Below are positions 42,643-58,735 of a DNA stretch of 64,000 nt, one piece after another. The notes under the pieces were generated by a model, which searched no databases, had not been told where the DNA came from, and saw only the letters and a list, made by a program, of their open reading frames with translations. The stretch is from assembly GCF_009914755.1 (NCBI RefSeq), contig NC_060942.1; one strand, given 5' to 3'. Position 1 is the first letter of the stretch; each line of letters begins with the position of its first letter. This stretch comes from the human T2T-CHM13v2.0 reference genome, Homo sapiens. The position numbers and the translations under genes are program-made.

Positions 42643-44625
42643 GGGGGCGCCTCTAGAATGGATGAGTAAGGAACTTGTAAATACTCTCTCCAAAAAGTAA
42701 TAACATAGACAAAATTGTCAAAAACAATTACATTAGGATTCTGGACATTGATCAAAGGCATAAAAAACTGAGAAATGTTTACTCAAGATGAAGTCCTGAA
42801 CTTCTGTAAGAACGGTGGGAGTCTGTAGTGTTTTAGCCTGGTGTGGTAACCATCTTCCCCACTGTGTCTTCAGTGCATGGAGAAAGTGCAGACCACAGGA
42901 ACTTGCATCCTTATTGACAAAAAGACCTGATTTGATCTGATATGAGAACATGGAAAAGTCCACACAAGGAAAGACAGTTGAAACCATAGAAAACAATTCC
43001 AGAATAACAGTAAACAATCTGAGAGGGCCAACATCACATTTAGACTTTGCCATGATAGTTTGGGGCACAGACCATCAGAAGAGTCAAAAAGTTCACAGGA
43101 AGTTCTGGGTAACCGGACTGGTATAAAGAGCCCTGATAAGATTTCATATAACCCTGGTAGTATAGAATTCTGTGCACTTGTGCAAGGTTCTCTGCACAAT
43201 CAGGAAACAAAAACAGAGACAGCTTTATTCATCTATTTGTATGTGGATAACTATGAGGCCATAAGCATGCAGAAACTAAAGCCTGGGGAAGAATTGCAAA
43301 AACATTGAAATTTGAATGTGTTCCTAATTCATGTACAAATCTATCAGCAAATAGTAAAAGACTACTTGCACAATAATTTTAAGTATAACTACTCACCAAT
43401 CATTGGCTGATGACTAAGCTGTGCTGATTTAAAGGAACCCCTAGGAAGTCAGCATTAAAATTGTCTTAAATAAAATAAGCCAGTCATAGAAAGACAATAC
43501 TCCATGTTTTCACTCACAGGTGGAAGCTTAAAATGTTTATCTTACAGAAGTAGAGAATACAAAAGTGGTTACTAGAGGCTGGGAGGTATAGAGGGATGGG
43601 AAATATGTAAATGTCAGTTAATTAATGCAAAATTGCAGCTAGATAGGAATAATAAGTTCTAGTGTTCTATAGGACTGTAGGGTAATCATAGTTAAGTGAT
43701 TTATTGTATATTTTCAAATAGCTAGAAGATAGATTTTTTATTGTTCCCAATACAGGAAAATGACCAATGCTTGAGGTGATGGATATAGCAATTACCCTGA
43801 TTTTATCAGTAAACATTGTATACATGACTTGAAATACCACACTGTATCCCTTAAATATGTACAATTACTATGTGTCAATTAAAAATATAATAATAAAAAT
43901 TTTGAAACTGAGCAGAGACTTCAGTGGCAATTCATTTGGGGTAGACTTACTCTATTGAATTAGTTGAAACAAACAAACAAAACAAACAAAATCAGCACTG
44001 ATTAGAATCTAGGGTTGCAACAATATTTTAGCTAAAATATGCAATTTTGAACAAAATATAATGAGATACACAAAGAAACAGAAAACTGTAACTTATGCAC
44101 TCAGGGAACAAAACTAACCAGAAATGGTCTTGAAGTGTCACTGATGAAGGATTTAGCAGATAAAAATTTCAAACATGATATTATAAATATGGTTAGAGAA
44201 CTAAAGGGGACTATGTGCAAAGAACGAAGGTATGGATGGGAAATAAGAACTTATCAAATGCAGAACAACAATTAATAAAAATTATAAAGAACAACCAACC
44301 AAACTCTTGGAGTTAAAAAGCTAAATAATTGAAATAAAAATTCACTAGAGATTAACGGCAAATGTGACATGCCAAAAATAATCAGTGAATACGAAGATAA
44401 AGTAAAATAGATAATCCAAGCTGAGAAACAGAAAAGAATAAAGAAATATAAACAGAGCCTTAGAAACCTGTAATACACCATCAAGTTTACCAACACATGT
44501 ACAGTGGGAGTCCTGGAAAATGAACAGAAAGAGAAATGGTTGAAAAAACATTTGAGGTGACGGCCAGACACTTCCTATATGTGATGAAAAAGTTGATGCA
44601 CAAATTCAAGATCTAAACAGATTCT
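42643..44625 (+). mobile_element. Ancient L1 (L1M/L1MD-type) 5'UTR + ORF1 remnant, interrupted by an L1MA 3' end
   Basis: 5'UTR-like start 'ctctagaatggatgagtaaggaact...aaaattgtcaaaaacaa...ctggacattgatcaaagg'. ORF1-like A-rich 44050-44620 ('aacagagccttagaaacctgtaatacaccatcaagtttaccaacacatg...ggagtcc'). Confidence 0.7.
43465..43899 (+). mobile_element. L1MA (6-8-like) 3'UTR fragment with A-rich tail
   Basis: 'aaataagccagtcatagaaagacaa...agataggaataataagttctagtgttctat...tgaggtgatggatatagcaattaccctga...aaatatgtacaattactatgtgtcaattaaaaa'. Confidence 0.88.
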
Positions 44626-45129
44626 AATTATTACACAGTCTTTATTTTCCCATAGAAAGCCATTCCACTATCACGCAGTTGCAGAAATTGGCTAAGATGT
44701 CTAGTAAGCAAAATTAAGACTAAAAAATATTATCATAGAATGATTTTTTGGGGGGAAGTTAATGCTGTGTAATGTCCTCTACAAAAAGCACTCACTAATC
44801 CTATCATCTCCTCTGGTTAGGTAGTCTATTATTGGTTTTTCTTACAGGACCTTCTTCTGTCAGGGTATTACTTACCATTGGGATATAAAACAAATGTAAC
44901 TAGCTGTTAGAGCCTAATAGAATAGATATTGGTAATACTAAAGCAAATCTTGGAGTCCAGAAACCTTTATGGCCTGGGTTGCCTCAACCCAAATCAGAAG
45001 ATGAATTTTACCTGGAAAGTAGTTAGCTGACACTCTCCAGCACCCAATATGGTTAGGTGAGTTGTAAGAATTCTAGAGTACAGATGCTTAGAATATTGTC
45101 AGCTTACGAGTTCATGATTTGCCATTCAC

Positions 45130-46050
<921 letters not shown>

Positions 46051-47004
46051 CCATGCGATTGCGTTTTCAATGTGTCATTATTTAGGGGGAGAAGAAAGAC
46101 TGAAAAAAAACTGCAGACTCAAACTAAATTTCCCTTTGTTTAACAAAACAACTTAGTTGATATTTGAATACTCAAAATTACATATGAAGCTGACTAGGTT
46201 CTTGTAATATGAGATAACAAAATACAATGATTTTAAACAAGGTGAAAATGTATTTCTCTCTCATATAATAGTCTGAGCAATGGTGCAGAACTTTTACAGT
46301 GGCTTGAGAAATTGAGAAACCAACTCAAATCAATTTCTTTAACTGACATCCTTAGTGTTGCATGCCCCAAGATGGACCAAAAATACTTAGGAAAACATAG
46401 AAAACACAAAGTTCACATATATAGTAAGCAGCAACTTTTTGTCAGATTCATGGAGAGTACAAAATGAATGTTTTTTCCAAATAATACTTACTTTTATAGA
46501 TAACTATTTAACCTATTCAATTAAATGTAAATACTATTAATTTGCAATCAGAGTATAATTTTTCCTAAATGTACACCCACACACCTGCATTTACAAAATA
46601 TAAATTCATTCAAATTTACAGCTATTATTTGTGGACTAGGAAACTACAGAGATTTGATGTTTTTAATTAAAAATACTAATTAAAAATATCATGGATGTTT
46701 TACTTCCCATCTTTACAAGTCCTTTAGGTAAACATGGATGCTGATTTTAAGAGACATATATACTTTTGCCTAATTAATGCTTTAGCAGTGATATAACTAA
46801 TTAGAAAAAATATTTTATAGATGCAACTTCAATTGAGTTATAAGTTTTTTCTTTCTCAGATAGATTCCTAGGATGCTTTGGTGATGAATTACTGGAAGCA
46901 AAGCCTCATTCCTGGTTGCAGACTTCTTTTACTCTATTGCTTTCTTGCCCTCTTTGTTTTGGTCACTGCCACTTTTAGACTTGATTTCTAAATTAAATCA
47001 CTAC

Positions 47005-47450
47005 ATTACTGAATTAAACAGTGTTGAAAATTCATGTCCACCTGGAATCCATGAATGTAACCTTATTTGTAAATAGGGATTTTGCAGATGTAATTAGTTA
47101 AGAAGAGATCATGCTTGATTGGGATGGGCCTTAAATCCAATAAGTGGCACCCTCATAGGAAGAGGAGAGAAGCCACAGAGACACACACACAGGGAAGAAG
47201 ACCATGCGAAGATAGGGACAGAAAATGGAGTGTTACAGCTATAGGCCAAGGCCAGGATTGTCTAGAGACACCAACAGCTACAAAAAGGCAAGAAAATTCC
47301 TCTTTTAAGATGCTAGAAGGAATATGGATCTACCAATACTTTGATATAAAACTTCCAGACTCCAAAATTGTGAGAAAATAATACAATTCTGTTGTTTTAA
47401 GGCCTACAGTTTGTGGCAATTTGTTATGGCAGCCCTGGGAAACTAATACG
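47005..47450 (+). mobile_element. MLT1 (B/C-like) solo LTR
   Basis: 'gaatgtaaccttatttgtaaatagggattttgcagatgtaattagttaaga...tttgtggcaatttgttatggcagccctgggaaactaatac'. Confidence 0.9.
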
Positions 47451-48384
47451 TTTTACCTTCCAGAGAAAGAAACACATTGTGTTAAAATAACTTGAGATAG
47501 GTAACAATATATGAGTATACAAATTTCTATATTATTCTCATAATGCCTAAGAAATAACATAGACTTTGAAATAACACAAAGAGTGATAAAAAAGATTAAT
47601 GTGACTTCTGACAAAAAGATAATATTTAGGAAAGTGTTTTGTTATAAATTGCTGTGTAAATGTTATTTGTACACTGGTTTGTTCATTTTAGCTGCTACCT
47701 CCATCTACAATATAAATTAGAAAGATTTCCTTTTTCCCACCCACATCCTAAAACTGATCATTAGCACAGATATAAATTATTCTACGATCTTTGCACAATT
47801 CATCTCAATGAAGGGTAAAACCTAAAATTTCAAACTCATAAATCAAAGACAATGCGGGAAACATGCCACTTACTAAATATTTGATAGTTCAATATAATTT
47901 TCTCTTATCTAGATTTTTCCTGGGAATGTAGAATTAACCGCTAAATTAAATAAATCCCAATTAATTTTGAATGCATATAATGTAAATAATTACAATCACA
48001 ATTTGAATACCAATGTTCTGTTGCAGAAAATTTATCTTTGCTTTTATTTATTTAGTTACTAGAAAAAATACTGGAGTCCAAATAGTGTCTCCTACATGCT
48101 CTGAAACAAAAAAAAAAACCTGAGAAATATTAAAATAATACTGCAAGTCATGATAACAAATTTGAAATAATAAATATTTATTGAATTTAATTTAGTGTAT
48201 GTAGCATTCCAGAATATGTAGTGAAGAAAAGCACTTATTTGAGTCTTATTTTCAGCAAAATGAAAATAATAGCCTTCTCATGAGACTGAGATATGATTAA
48301 ATGACACCAAAAGGGTGTCTGTGATTTGTTCAAAGATGTATTACTTTGCTTTCATCCAATCTATTAATTATTCCAGGGGTTAAA

Positions 48385-48590
48385 CTTTCACAGCCTATGT
48401 TTCTCAGGCTTTCATGACCCTTGGCCTCCAGCATGGGCAATGGCAGTCCTGGTGGAAAATTGGAAGTTGAGAGTAAAATATAAGCCAAGACATTTCTTTC
48501 TTTTTTCTATCTCTGCTTCATCATAATCAGAAGCGAATCTCCTCTCTGTTTCTAATTCTCACTACTAGGCAGCACCAGGTTCTATAGATC
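48385..48590 (+). mobile_element. Ancient ERVL LTR fragment (LTR33-like)
   Basis: 'ctcaggctttcatgacccttggcctccagcatgggcaatggcagtcctggtggaaaattggaag...aagccaagacatttct' resembles LTR33 as recalled. Confidence 0.4.
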
Positions 48591-51500
48591 CTGATCAAAG
48601 AAATAACATTTAGGAAAGTGTCACTATGGTTATAAATTGCCATCCAAAGCATTAGTGATACAACATAAGGATTTTAGCTTTTAATTTCACCCACAATGTA
48701 AGTTGGAAATATTTTTCTCCCTCCTGAACCCACATTCTGAAACCAATTATTACTAATGTAGTATGTTTCCAGGCCATTTATTATCCTAATCACCCTCTCC
48801 TTATCTGTTAATGCTGTTGTTAGATTTAAATAATCATTACCAGAATTAAATTCAGTACTTCAGAATTAGTGTCAATACTTCAGCACCTCAACTAATTCCC
48901 TATATGATAAGTAGAAATAAAGTCATTAGCATTTAAACCATTTTTCTACCTTCCTGCTCTATGACTCTATCTGATTTTGTTTCCACTTCCTGTTTCCATG
49001 TTTTGCTGTTCTTTCTCTTATTCTTCCATTTTCATTCCTTGCCTATAAACAAGAACTGTTCCATCTGTACTGCCAACTTAACAGGATTTCTGTGAAGGCA
49101 AAATAAGCATCTGCATCTTATAGTGTTTTGTAAGCTGTAAAGAATTATTCACATATTAGTGTATTATTTTGCACCAGCTCTTCTTTTTCTTTTCCTCATA
49201 GCACTGACTTTTGCCAAGGTTCATAATTCATGCTTCTTATTTCATCTTACAAAATGTCTTAGAGAACACATTAGTTTTATTTGGATGAATCTTGAATCTC
49301 TAATTCTGACACAGTTTGCTACTGTCTACTCACAATTTTGACTTAAACTTTCTACCTACCATCACTGCATTCTCATCAGTTCTAAAAAACAAGCTCACAA
49401 CTCTTACTCAAAAACTGAATTATTGGGTTCTATTGACTGTCTTTCCTTTCTCTATCAATACATTTTTTGTCCCAAAGTCTAAAATATTGACATCACTTTT
49501 TACTCTCTATATATTATACCCTTTATTCTTACTTCCTAACATCCAGACTGTTGATTCTTCTTTAATAAAATGTCTTTTGTTTCCTTTCGCTATATTTAGA
49601 GTTTTGCTTCCTTGTAATTTATTTTTCCTTTTAACATTTATTTTAAATTTTTGAATTTATATAAATCAGGATCAGTATGGAAGTCAAAGTTGGTATTAGT
49701 TCTAAGTAAAATTTTAAAATGAGATAATAGAAGAGCTAAAAGAACAAATAGAAAGTGTGACACAATCCAGGAATTAGCAACAGCAGAAAGCTGCCATCAT
49801 CCTGTGGTCCGGAGAAAAATGGGGAGTAGAGTCCAGAATGGTTTTGTTAATATTGTAACAAAAATTATTGAATTAAATTTTAGGCACTGCACTAAAAGAA
49901 GATACTAAAAATTAACAAGAGGGCTACGATGATAGTAAAAAGCCTGGAAAGTATCAAATAAGTAATCACTGAGAGAACTATAATCATTTTTCCTAAATAA
50001 CAGGTGAGTTGGTGGCAACAGGAAAGACATATTAATAGCAGTAGTTATCTCCAAATACTGAAAGAATGAATGGAAATATATATTGTGCTTTTCATTATAC
50101 CTAAGACAACTTAGAAGCTTGGGACACTGATTTTGTTCAATGTGAGGCATGATTTTTCTAGTAATTAAGGCTGCTGAAAAAATACACTTTGCTTGAAAAT
50201 AATGAGTTGCTATCACAAATAAGACACTAGAATATTCATCCAAAGGTTGACTTTGAAGGTAAAGAAAAATTTGCATTTTAAAGGAGGATAAACATTATAA
50301 CTTCCTAGTTCCTTGCCAGTTTAAGGTTTTACATTAGTTTGGGGAAGAACAGCAAATGAGTTTAATAACGAATGGTTAAAGTTTTCACATACTGCAGAAA
50401 ATTAAAAATTAAGATGATCCAGTTTATGTGACAAATGAAAATTTCACCAGTGACTTTCATGGGTGCATTCATTTATGCATTTATATGTACAAAACAAAGT
50501 TGTCAAATAGAACCACTGCTGTGAATCACTAAAGTAAGGAGAAAAATAAATCAGTGTAGGGAAGAACCATCAGTGTGAATCGAATTTTTGTAGGTTACAG
50601 AAGTAGCCAGTTACGCTTGCATGTTGTGGAGACACAGTATTGGATTAAAGAGAGAAACAAAGATTTTATTTAAAAATAGGATTATTAGATAATAGAAATG
50701 ATGGAAATATGAATGTAGATACTTAGACATGCCAGCCAAGAGAGTCTAGGGGAAAGGGATGTGACTCTGGCAGCAAGATTTGAGTCTCGTGGACCTTGAA
50801 ATTTCCCACCATAAACTAGACAAATCAGATGATGCTTTCCCGCCCCATTGACATAAAAATAATCCCACTACCATCTGGCTTCACTTCAGAGTGTTCTGCG
50901 GCTTTTCAACTTTATTCCACATCTTGTTGTGGCCTCCATTAATCCTCAGGAATAGATCTGATCTTCCACAGTGAGAATCTTAGTGGAAGAAGCAGGTTAG
51001 GGAGGACCAACATCTAGACAAATGAAAAAAGATATAGTATGGATATATACACTGACATGTTAGAAAGTGGAGGGAAAATGGGCTTCAGTCTTCAATGAGC
51101 AGAGTTTGTTTTCTGTTTCTGAGAATTGCAAAAGTAAATATGATTTTGGTTTTGAAGAGACCAAGGCTTCTGGAAATAAGCGTAACGATAAATTCCATAT
51201 AGTTCTGTGAAGATTACTGAGCATCACACAGGAAATTATTGGAGACAGAAATCGTAACACATAATAGGTGAAAGTTGCATGGCTTACCATTTTCCCCTAT
51301 GAAAATCTTACATGTTTGTGTAAGAGAGAAAAAATAAAAATAAAAGTAACTGGTTTGTTTAAAGCAATCAAGCTTTTTTATCAGTAAGAAAACTATTTCT
51401 TTAGAGTGTATTTTAGGAAATAGTTGGGCACAAGAGAGTTTTAAGAGGTATGGATGTGAAAATAATGGAGTAGGAAAGAGACACAATATAGAGATGGACT

Positions 51501-52368
51501 GATTTTTTTTAATTGCACAATTCATGTTAAATATTGTCAGTTATAAGATATAGTGTCATATAAACACATTCAAATATGTATTTAAATCAAATAAAGCATA
51601 AAACCTTAATCTAAGGTAAATATGAAAATATACTGGGAACTCCATGACTGCATACCCCTTCAATTCAGTGAGTTTATTATAACTAAATTGAAAAATAAAC
51701 TTATAGATTGCTTTATATAAGCATTGGGGCTGATAGAAAAAACGTAAAAGGTTAATAAGGGAGAGTTTTTGGATATTCCTATCAACTTCAACAAACATGA
51801 TTCTGATAACTTATTTTGTTCAGATTTTATAAGCCTCAGGTACATTTCAAATAGATATAGGTGTGCTCATCAGATTTGTTTAAATTAAGTAAATATTCTT
51901 TTTAAAAGTATATGTCCCAGTGGTATATTTTGATGCACTTTATATATGCTCTGAAAAAAAAGGACTATCAAAAATAAAAATCTTAATATTTGTTAGATTT
52001 AAACTGATTGGATTTGGAATTTAAAATATTTTATACTGTCTGTATTTTCCAAGTTATTCATTGCACATATATGCTCTTAAAATTGATATTTTAATGTGTA
52101 TATATATATGTAACGTATATAATGTGCTCTCTATATACACTTATCTGTGAGTGTATGTATATATGTAAAAGTGAATGTGAATGATGGAAGAAATTTTAAA
52201 GTATAGACTGCTTCAGGAAGACATGCAAAAATTGGCAAGCATTCCCATGGTTTTAATGTGCCATAATGTAACCCTAATCTGGATGAGATGTGAAGTGCAG
52301 TCAAAACCAGGCTAATGTACAGAATAATGTGAGGTGATCTGGCCACAATTTAAGTAAGTGTGAGACAG

Positions 52369-54180
<1,812 letters not shown>

Positions 54181-54197
54181 ATGAAATTCTTCCATTT

Positions 54198-56300
54198 TCA
54201 TGGAGCCAATAAAATCTCTTTTTTAATAAATTACACAACCTTAGGTATTTCTTTTTAGCAATGAGGTGTATGGTCTAACACAGACAATTGATAGCAAGAA
54301 TGAAACATTGCTATAAATATATCTGAAAATATGGAAGAAGCTTTGGTACTGGGTAACGAGCAGAGGTTGGAAGGGATTGGAGGGCTCAGAGGAAGACAAG
54401 AAGATGAGGGGAAGGTTGGAACTTCTTAGAGACCGGTTGAATTGTTGTGACCAAAATGCTGACAGTGATATAAACAATGAAGTCCAGGCTGCTGAGGTCT
54501 CAAATGGAAATGAGGAAATTTGGGGGAATTAGAGCAAAGGTCATGCATATTATGCCTTAGCAGAGAGCTTGACTGTATTGTTCCCTCCCCTAGGGCTCTA
54601 TAGAAGTTTGAGCTTCAGAGTAATGATTTAGCATATCTGGTCATAGACATTTCTAAGTAGTGAAGCATTCAAGATGTGACCTGGCTGCTCCTAAGAACCT
54701 ACGCTTAGGTGTGGGAGTAAAGAGATGACTTAAGGTTGGAATTTTTACTTACAAGAAAAGCAGAGCATGAATATTTGGAAACTTTATAGCCTGGTCATGT
54801 GGCAGAGAAAGGAAAAACTTTTTGGGGGGAGAGGAATCCAAGCAGGCTGCATAGCAATCACTTGCAAGAAAAAGAAGCCAAGTGCTGATAGTCAAGATAA
54901 TGAGAAAAAGGTCTTGATGGCATTTTAGAGAACTTCATGATAGCCCTTCCTATCACAGGCCCTAATGCCCAGGAGAGAAGAATGGTTTAGTGGGCTAGGC
55001 CCAGGGCCCCGCTGCCCTGTGCAACCTTGGGACACTGCTCCCCACATCCTGGCTGCAGGGGCTTCAGCCTCTGCTCAAAGGGGCCCAGGTACAGCTCAGG
55101 CTACAGCTCCAGAGGGTGCAAGCTATAAACCTGGACAGCTTCCACATGGCATTAACCCTGTGGGTACAGAGTTCAAGAGTTAAGGCTTGGGATCCTCCAA
55201 AAAAGCTTGGGTGTCCAGCCTTCTGCAAGGATGGAGCCCTCACAGTGAACCTTTACTAGGGCAATGTGGAAGAGAAATGTGGGGTTGGAGCTCCCACACA
55301 GAGCGCCCACTGGGGCACTTCCTAGTGGAGATGTTAGAAGAGGGTCACCATACTGCAGACCAAAGAATGGTAGATCCACCAGCAGCTGGCACCCTGTGCC
55401 CGGAAAAGCTGTAACCACTAAACTCTAGCTCGTGGGAGCAGCCTTGAGGGCGGCACCGTGCAAAACCACAGGGCTGCCTAATGCCTTGAAATCCCACTCC
55501 TTGCCCCAGTGTACCACGGATGTGGAGCATGGAATCAAAGGATATTGTTTTGAAGCTTTAAAATTCAATGACTGCCTGCTGGATTTCAAACTTGTGTGGG
55601 GCCTGTAGCCCCTTTCTTTTGGCTGATTTCTCCCTTTTGGAATAGAAATTTTTACCCAGTGCCTACCCACATACACCCATTACATCTTGGGAGTAACTAA
55701 CTTGTTTTGATTTTACTTGCCCCTTGGTGGAAGAAGATGAGGCTCATCTGATAGATGAGCCTTTGTATTGAATTCAGGACCTTTGGTTTAATGCTAGAAC
55801 AAGCTAAGCCTTTGGAACTGTTGGAAAGGAATAATTATATTTTGAAATGTAAGAAGGACATGAGATTTAAGAGGGGTCAGGGGTGAAATTACATGGTTTA
55901 GATCTGTGTTCTCACTCAAATCTTGGGTTGAATTGTAATCCCCAGTATTGGAGGTGGGGCCTTGTGGGAGGTTATTGGATCATGGAGGTGGGCCCTACAT
56001 CAATGATTTATCACTATCCCCTTGGTGCTGTCACTTGCAATAGTGAACTCACATGAGATCTGGCTGTTTAAAAGTGTGTAGCACCTCCTCTGCCTCCCTT
56101 TCTCTTGCTTTTACCACATGATGTACCTGCTCTCCCTTTGCCTTCTGCTATGATCATAAGCTTTCTGAGGCTTCCCCAGAAGCAGATGACACTATACTTC
56201 CTGCACAGCCTGCAAAACCATAAGCCAATGAACGCTGTTTTCTTATAAATTATCCAGTCTCAGCTATTTCTTTATAGCAACGCAAGAATGGCCTAACACA
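54198..56300 (+). mobile_element. MST (MaLR) provirus: truncated 5' LTR (54198-54282), internal region (54283-55888), full 3' LTR (55889-56300)
   Basis: LTR end 'ggtatttctttttagcaatg...tctaacaca' is followed by MST-int text 'gctttggtactgggtaacgagcagaggttgg...agggctcagaggaagacaagaagatgaggg'. A PPT-like 'gaggggtcaggggtgaaa' precedes the second LTR, which ends 'gcctaacaca'. Confidence 0.92.
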
Positions 56301-57729
56301 CCCATCAAAATTAAAAATTTAAAAATAAACAAATAAATAATGTGGGCAGCCTGAATAAAATGAAGGTAAGAAGATTATAATTTATGGGGAAAATGCCCAT
56401 CCACAAATTTGGAGAGAGAAAAGACGACTATGATGATGATGTCCAGATTGAAGATATTCTGGTTAGGAGCTGGTATAGAGTTGAGAAAACCAATGAAGAT
56501 GGGGAAAGCTGATCCAGTCTAGACTTACTGTCAATCTCAATCATAATAAAGCACAGTGATTAGAAGTAGAATTCAAGATCGATTTTAAAAAATGGATGTG
56601 AATCAGGTTTAGCCACGGTAAATACAATTTGTTTTTTTTTCCTTACACTTGAGTTTGTCTTCAAAAATGAGACAATTTTTAAACTTTCGGAAACTGATAC
56701 CTATTTATATTGACCTGGAATAACTGATCTCTATAGTTACAGTAACAAGCACAATTGAATTAGAAGATGTGGCAATATATGTTTTATATTTAAGTGATAT
56801 CCATTTACACTTGAAAATGTGTGATTATTATGATTATCTAGAATCACGTCATGCACCAAAAGTAAGAAGATAAATGATTTTAAACAACAATTATTATTTA
56901 TTTGATGGAATGACTTCTGAAAATGTAGACTAGGTAGAGGAAAGCCCTGTTTGAAACTCATTTTTAAAATAGCATAATTAAAGTAACTTCCATTGAGAAC
57001 ATAAAAGCAAATTCCAAAGATCCAAAAGTGTCCTGTTGAAATGTATTTCAAAAATTTCAGACAATCTGTTATGAAACAATATGGTTGCCCGCATGAAGAA
57101 ATATGTTCATGCCAAATCAGCTAGTAAGCAGATCATTAACAAACAGTATAAACAGAGAGGAAAAGATGGATCCCCTAAAGAGATAAAGTATTTATGTATC
57201 TTGGCTCAGAAACTCACTTGTGTTCAGCCTAACAGGTAGTCCCATACAAAGACACTATCTGCTAAGTGAAGTAAAACAAATTTGGAGTTTCAAGTAATAT
57301 ATATCACAACAATTCAAATTTATGTAAATTTGTAACACCGTCTCTTACAAACTTTAAAGAGAGAAAATGTGTTTTCATTAGGTCAATTAGTTATGATAAA
57401 TGCAGACTTGTTCAGACTTAATAGGCTGCTATCACATGTTAGAACATGTGTGTGTAAGGGAGGCCACTGAATGAGATTAACTAAATAGTCCCTCCATTCT
57501 AGCTAATCTGCCAAGTCTAGTTAGAGCACAATGCAAAGAGCTATGTTAATCATACCCTCAGTTCTTCACATGATATCATCATAAGCACTGACTTTGACCC
57601 TCCCTTGACTATTAATTTGATTTTATTCTGATATAACTCTCCTATTTATCTCCCATCCTACTGACAACTATTCACATAGACTGCATTTGTTCACAGAAAA
57701 TGACTTTTGTGATATTGTCAACACACAGT

Positions 57730-58400
57730 AATGGTAATCTTCCATATATGTTATTGTTTCTTTTTATTTAGCGCAGACTTATGCTTTTAAAGTTTAATCT
57801 ACATAGCTAACGTTTTCTCTCTGCAATTCTTTTTAGCGCAGTGGTATACTCTGGTGTCCATACACTACATTTTGCCTGGTGTCATTCCCAATGATGGTTA
57901 CTCTACCCAGATTCCTACCACACTCCAAATCCCCACCACAAACATCAGTGCAAGAAACACCCTTTTGCATATTCCCTTAACAGATCCATGTGAGAAGAAA
58001 CAAAACAAACATATGCTATATATGTTGTGTTATATATGTTATATATTATATACTTACACACACATACACACACATATGTGATAAAATTGCTTGTTCATAG
58101 AAGAGGTTATTTTATTTTTATCTTGACTATTGTCAGATTTGTTGCTAGAATGCCTACAAATGTTGACATTTCTGATAGGTACATGAGTGTATGTATATAT
58201 CAACATTCCCACTCTAACTCTCTAAATAGCATTATTCAGCTCTCTAATTTGTTTTTTTCAAATAAACGTAGAAAGCATGAAATGTTCTCTCTTTCTCTCT
58301 ATGAATTCACTCTTTTACTTATTACTACCAAATATGGGATCCATTTTATATGCCAGCTAACCTTGTGGTTTTACTCTTTAGTAAAACACCTATTTACCAA
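57730..58400 (-). mobile_element. Ancient L1ME-type 3' remnant
   Basis: Degraded antisense L1 3' text ('cattcccaatgatgg', 'cacaaacatcagtgcaagaaacacccttttgcatattcc', 'cattcccact...gcattatt'). Confidence 0.5.
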
Positions 58401-58529
58401 ATATTAAATGGATTTCAGCATATTTTGGAAATATAAATCTTTAATAATAATTCTAAGGAAAGGTTGAAAATAAGAGCAGATTTCAAAGAGATCATTGTTA
58501 TTTAAAACAACACAGAACCAAAAATAATG

Positions 58530-58735
58530 TATTGCCTAGTAGTGAAGAGTGACTCTGCCCAAGTTTGGATACCTACTCTGTGCCTGGCTTGCTATACCTT
58601 CTATGAGGATTGTGTCAGTGTTTTGAAAGGGTGGCATCATTTTACCGCTTACACCATAGAGTACTTGGGAGATTAATAAAATAATACACAGAAGAGACAA
58701 AAAACAAAGCCTAATGTATAAGCACTCAATATTCC
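58530..58735 (+). mobile_element. MIR remnant
   Basis: 'gcctagtagtgaagagt...catagagtacttgggagattaa...taagcactcaata'. Confidence 0.55.

Noticed and set aside
48841-48883. 20-bp imperfect tandem repeat (cagaatta...tactt x2)
   Set aside because: Two degenerate copies only; ordinary slippage with nothing suggesting function.
54965-55676. ORFs in the GC-rich 55-kb region
   Set aside because: They lie in the decayed MST internal region; no intact MaLR frame.
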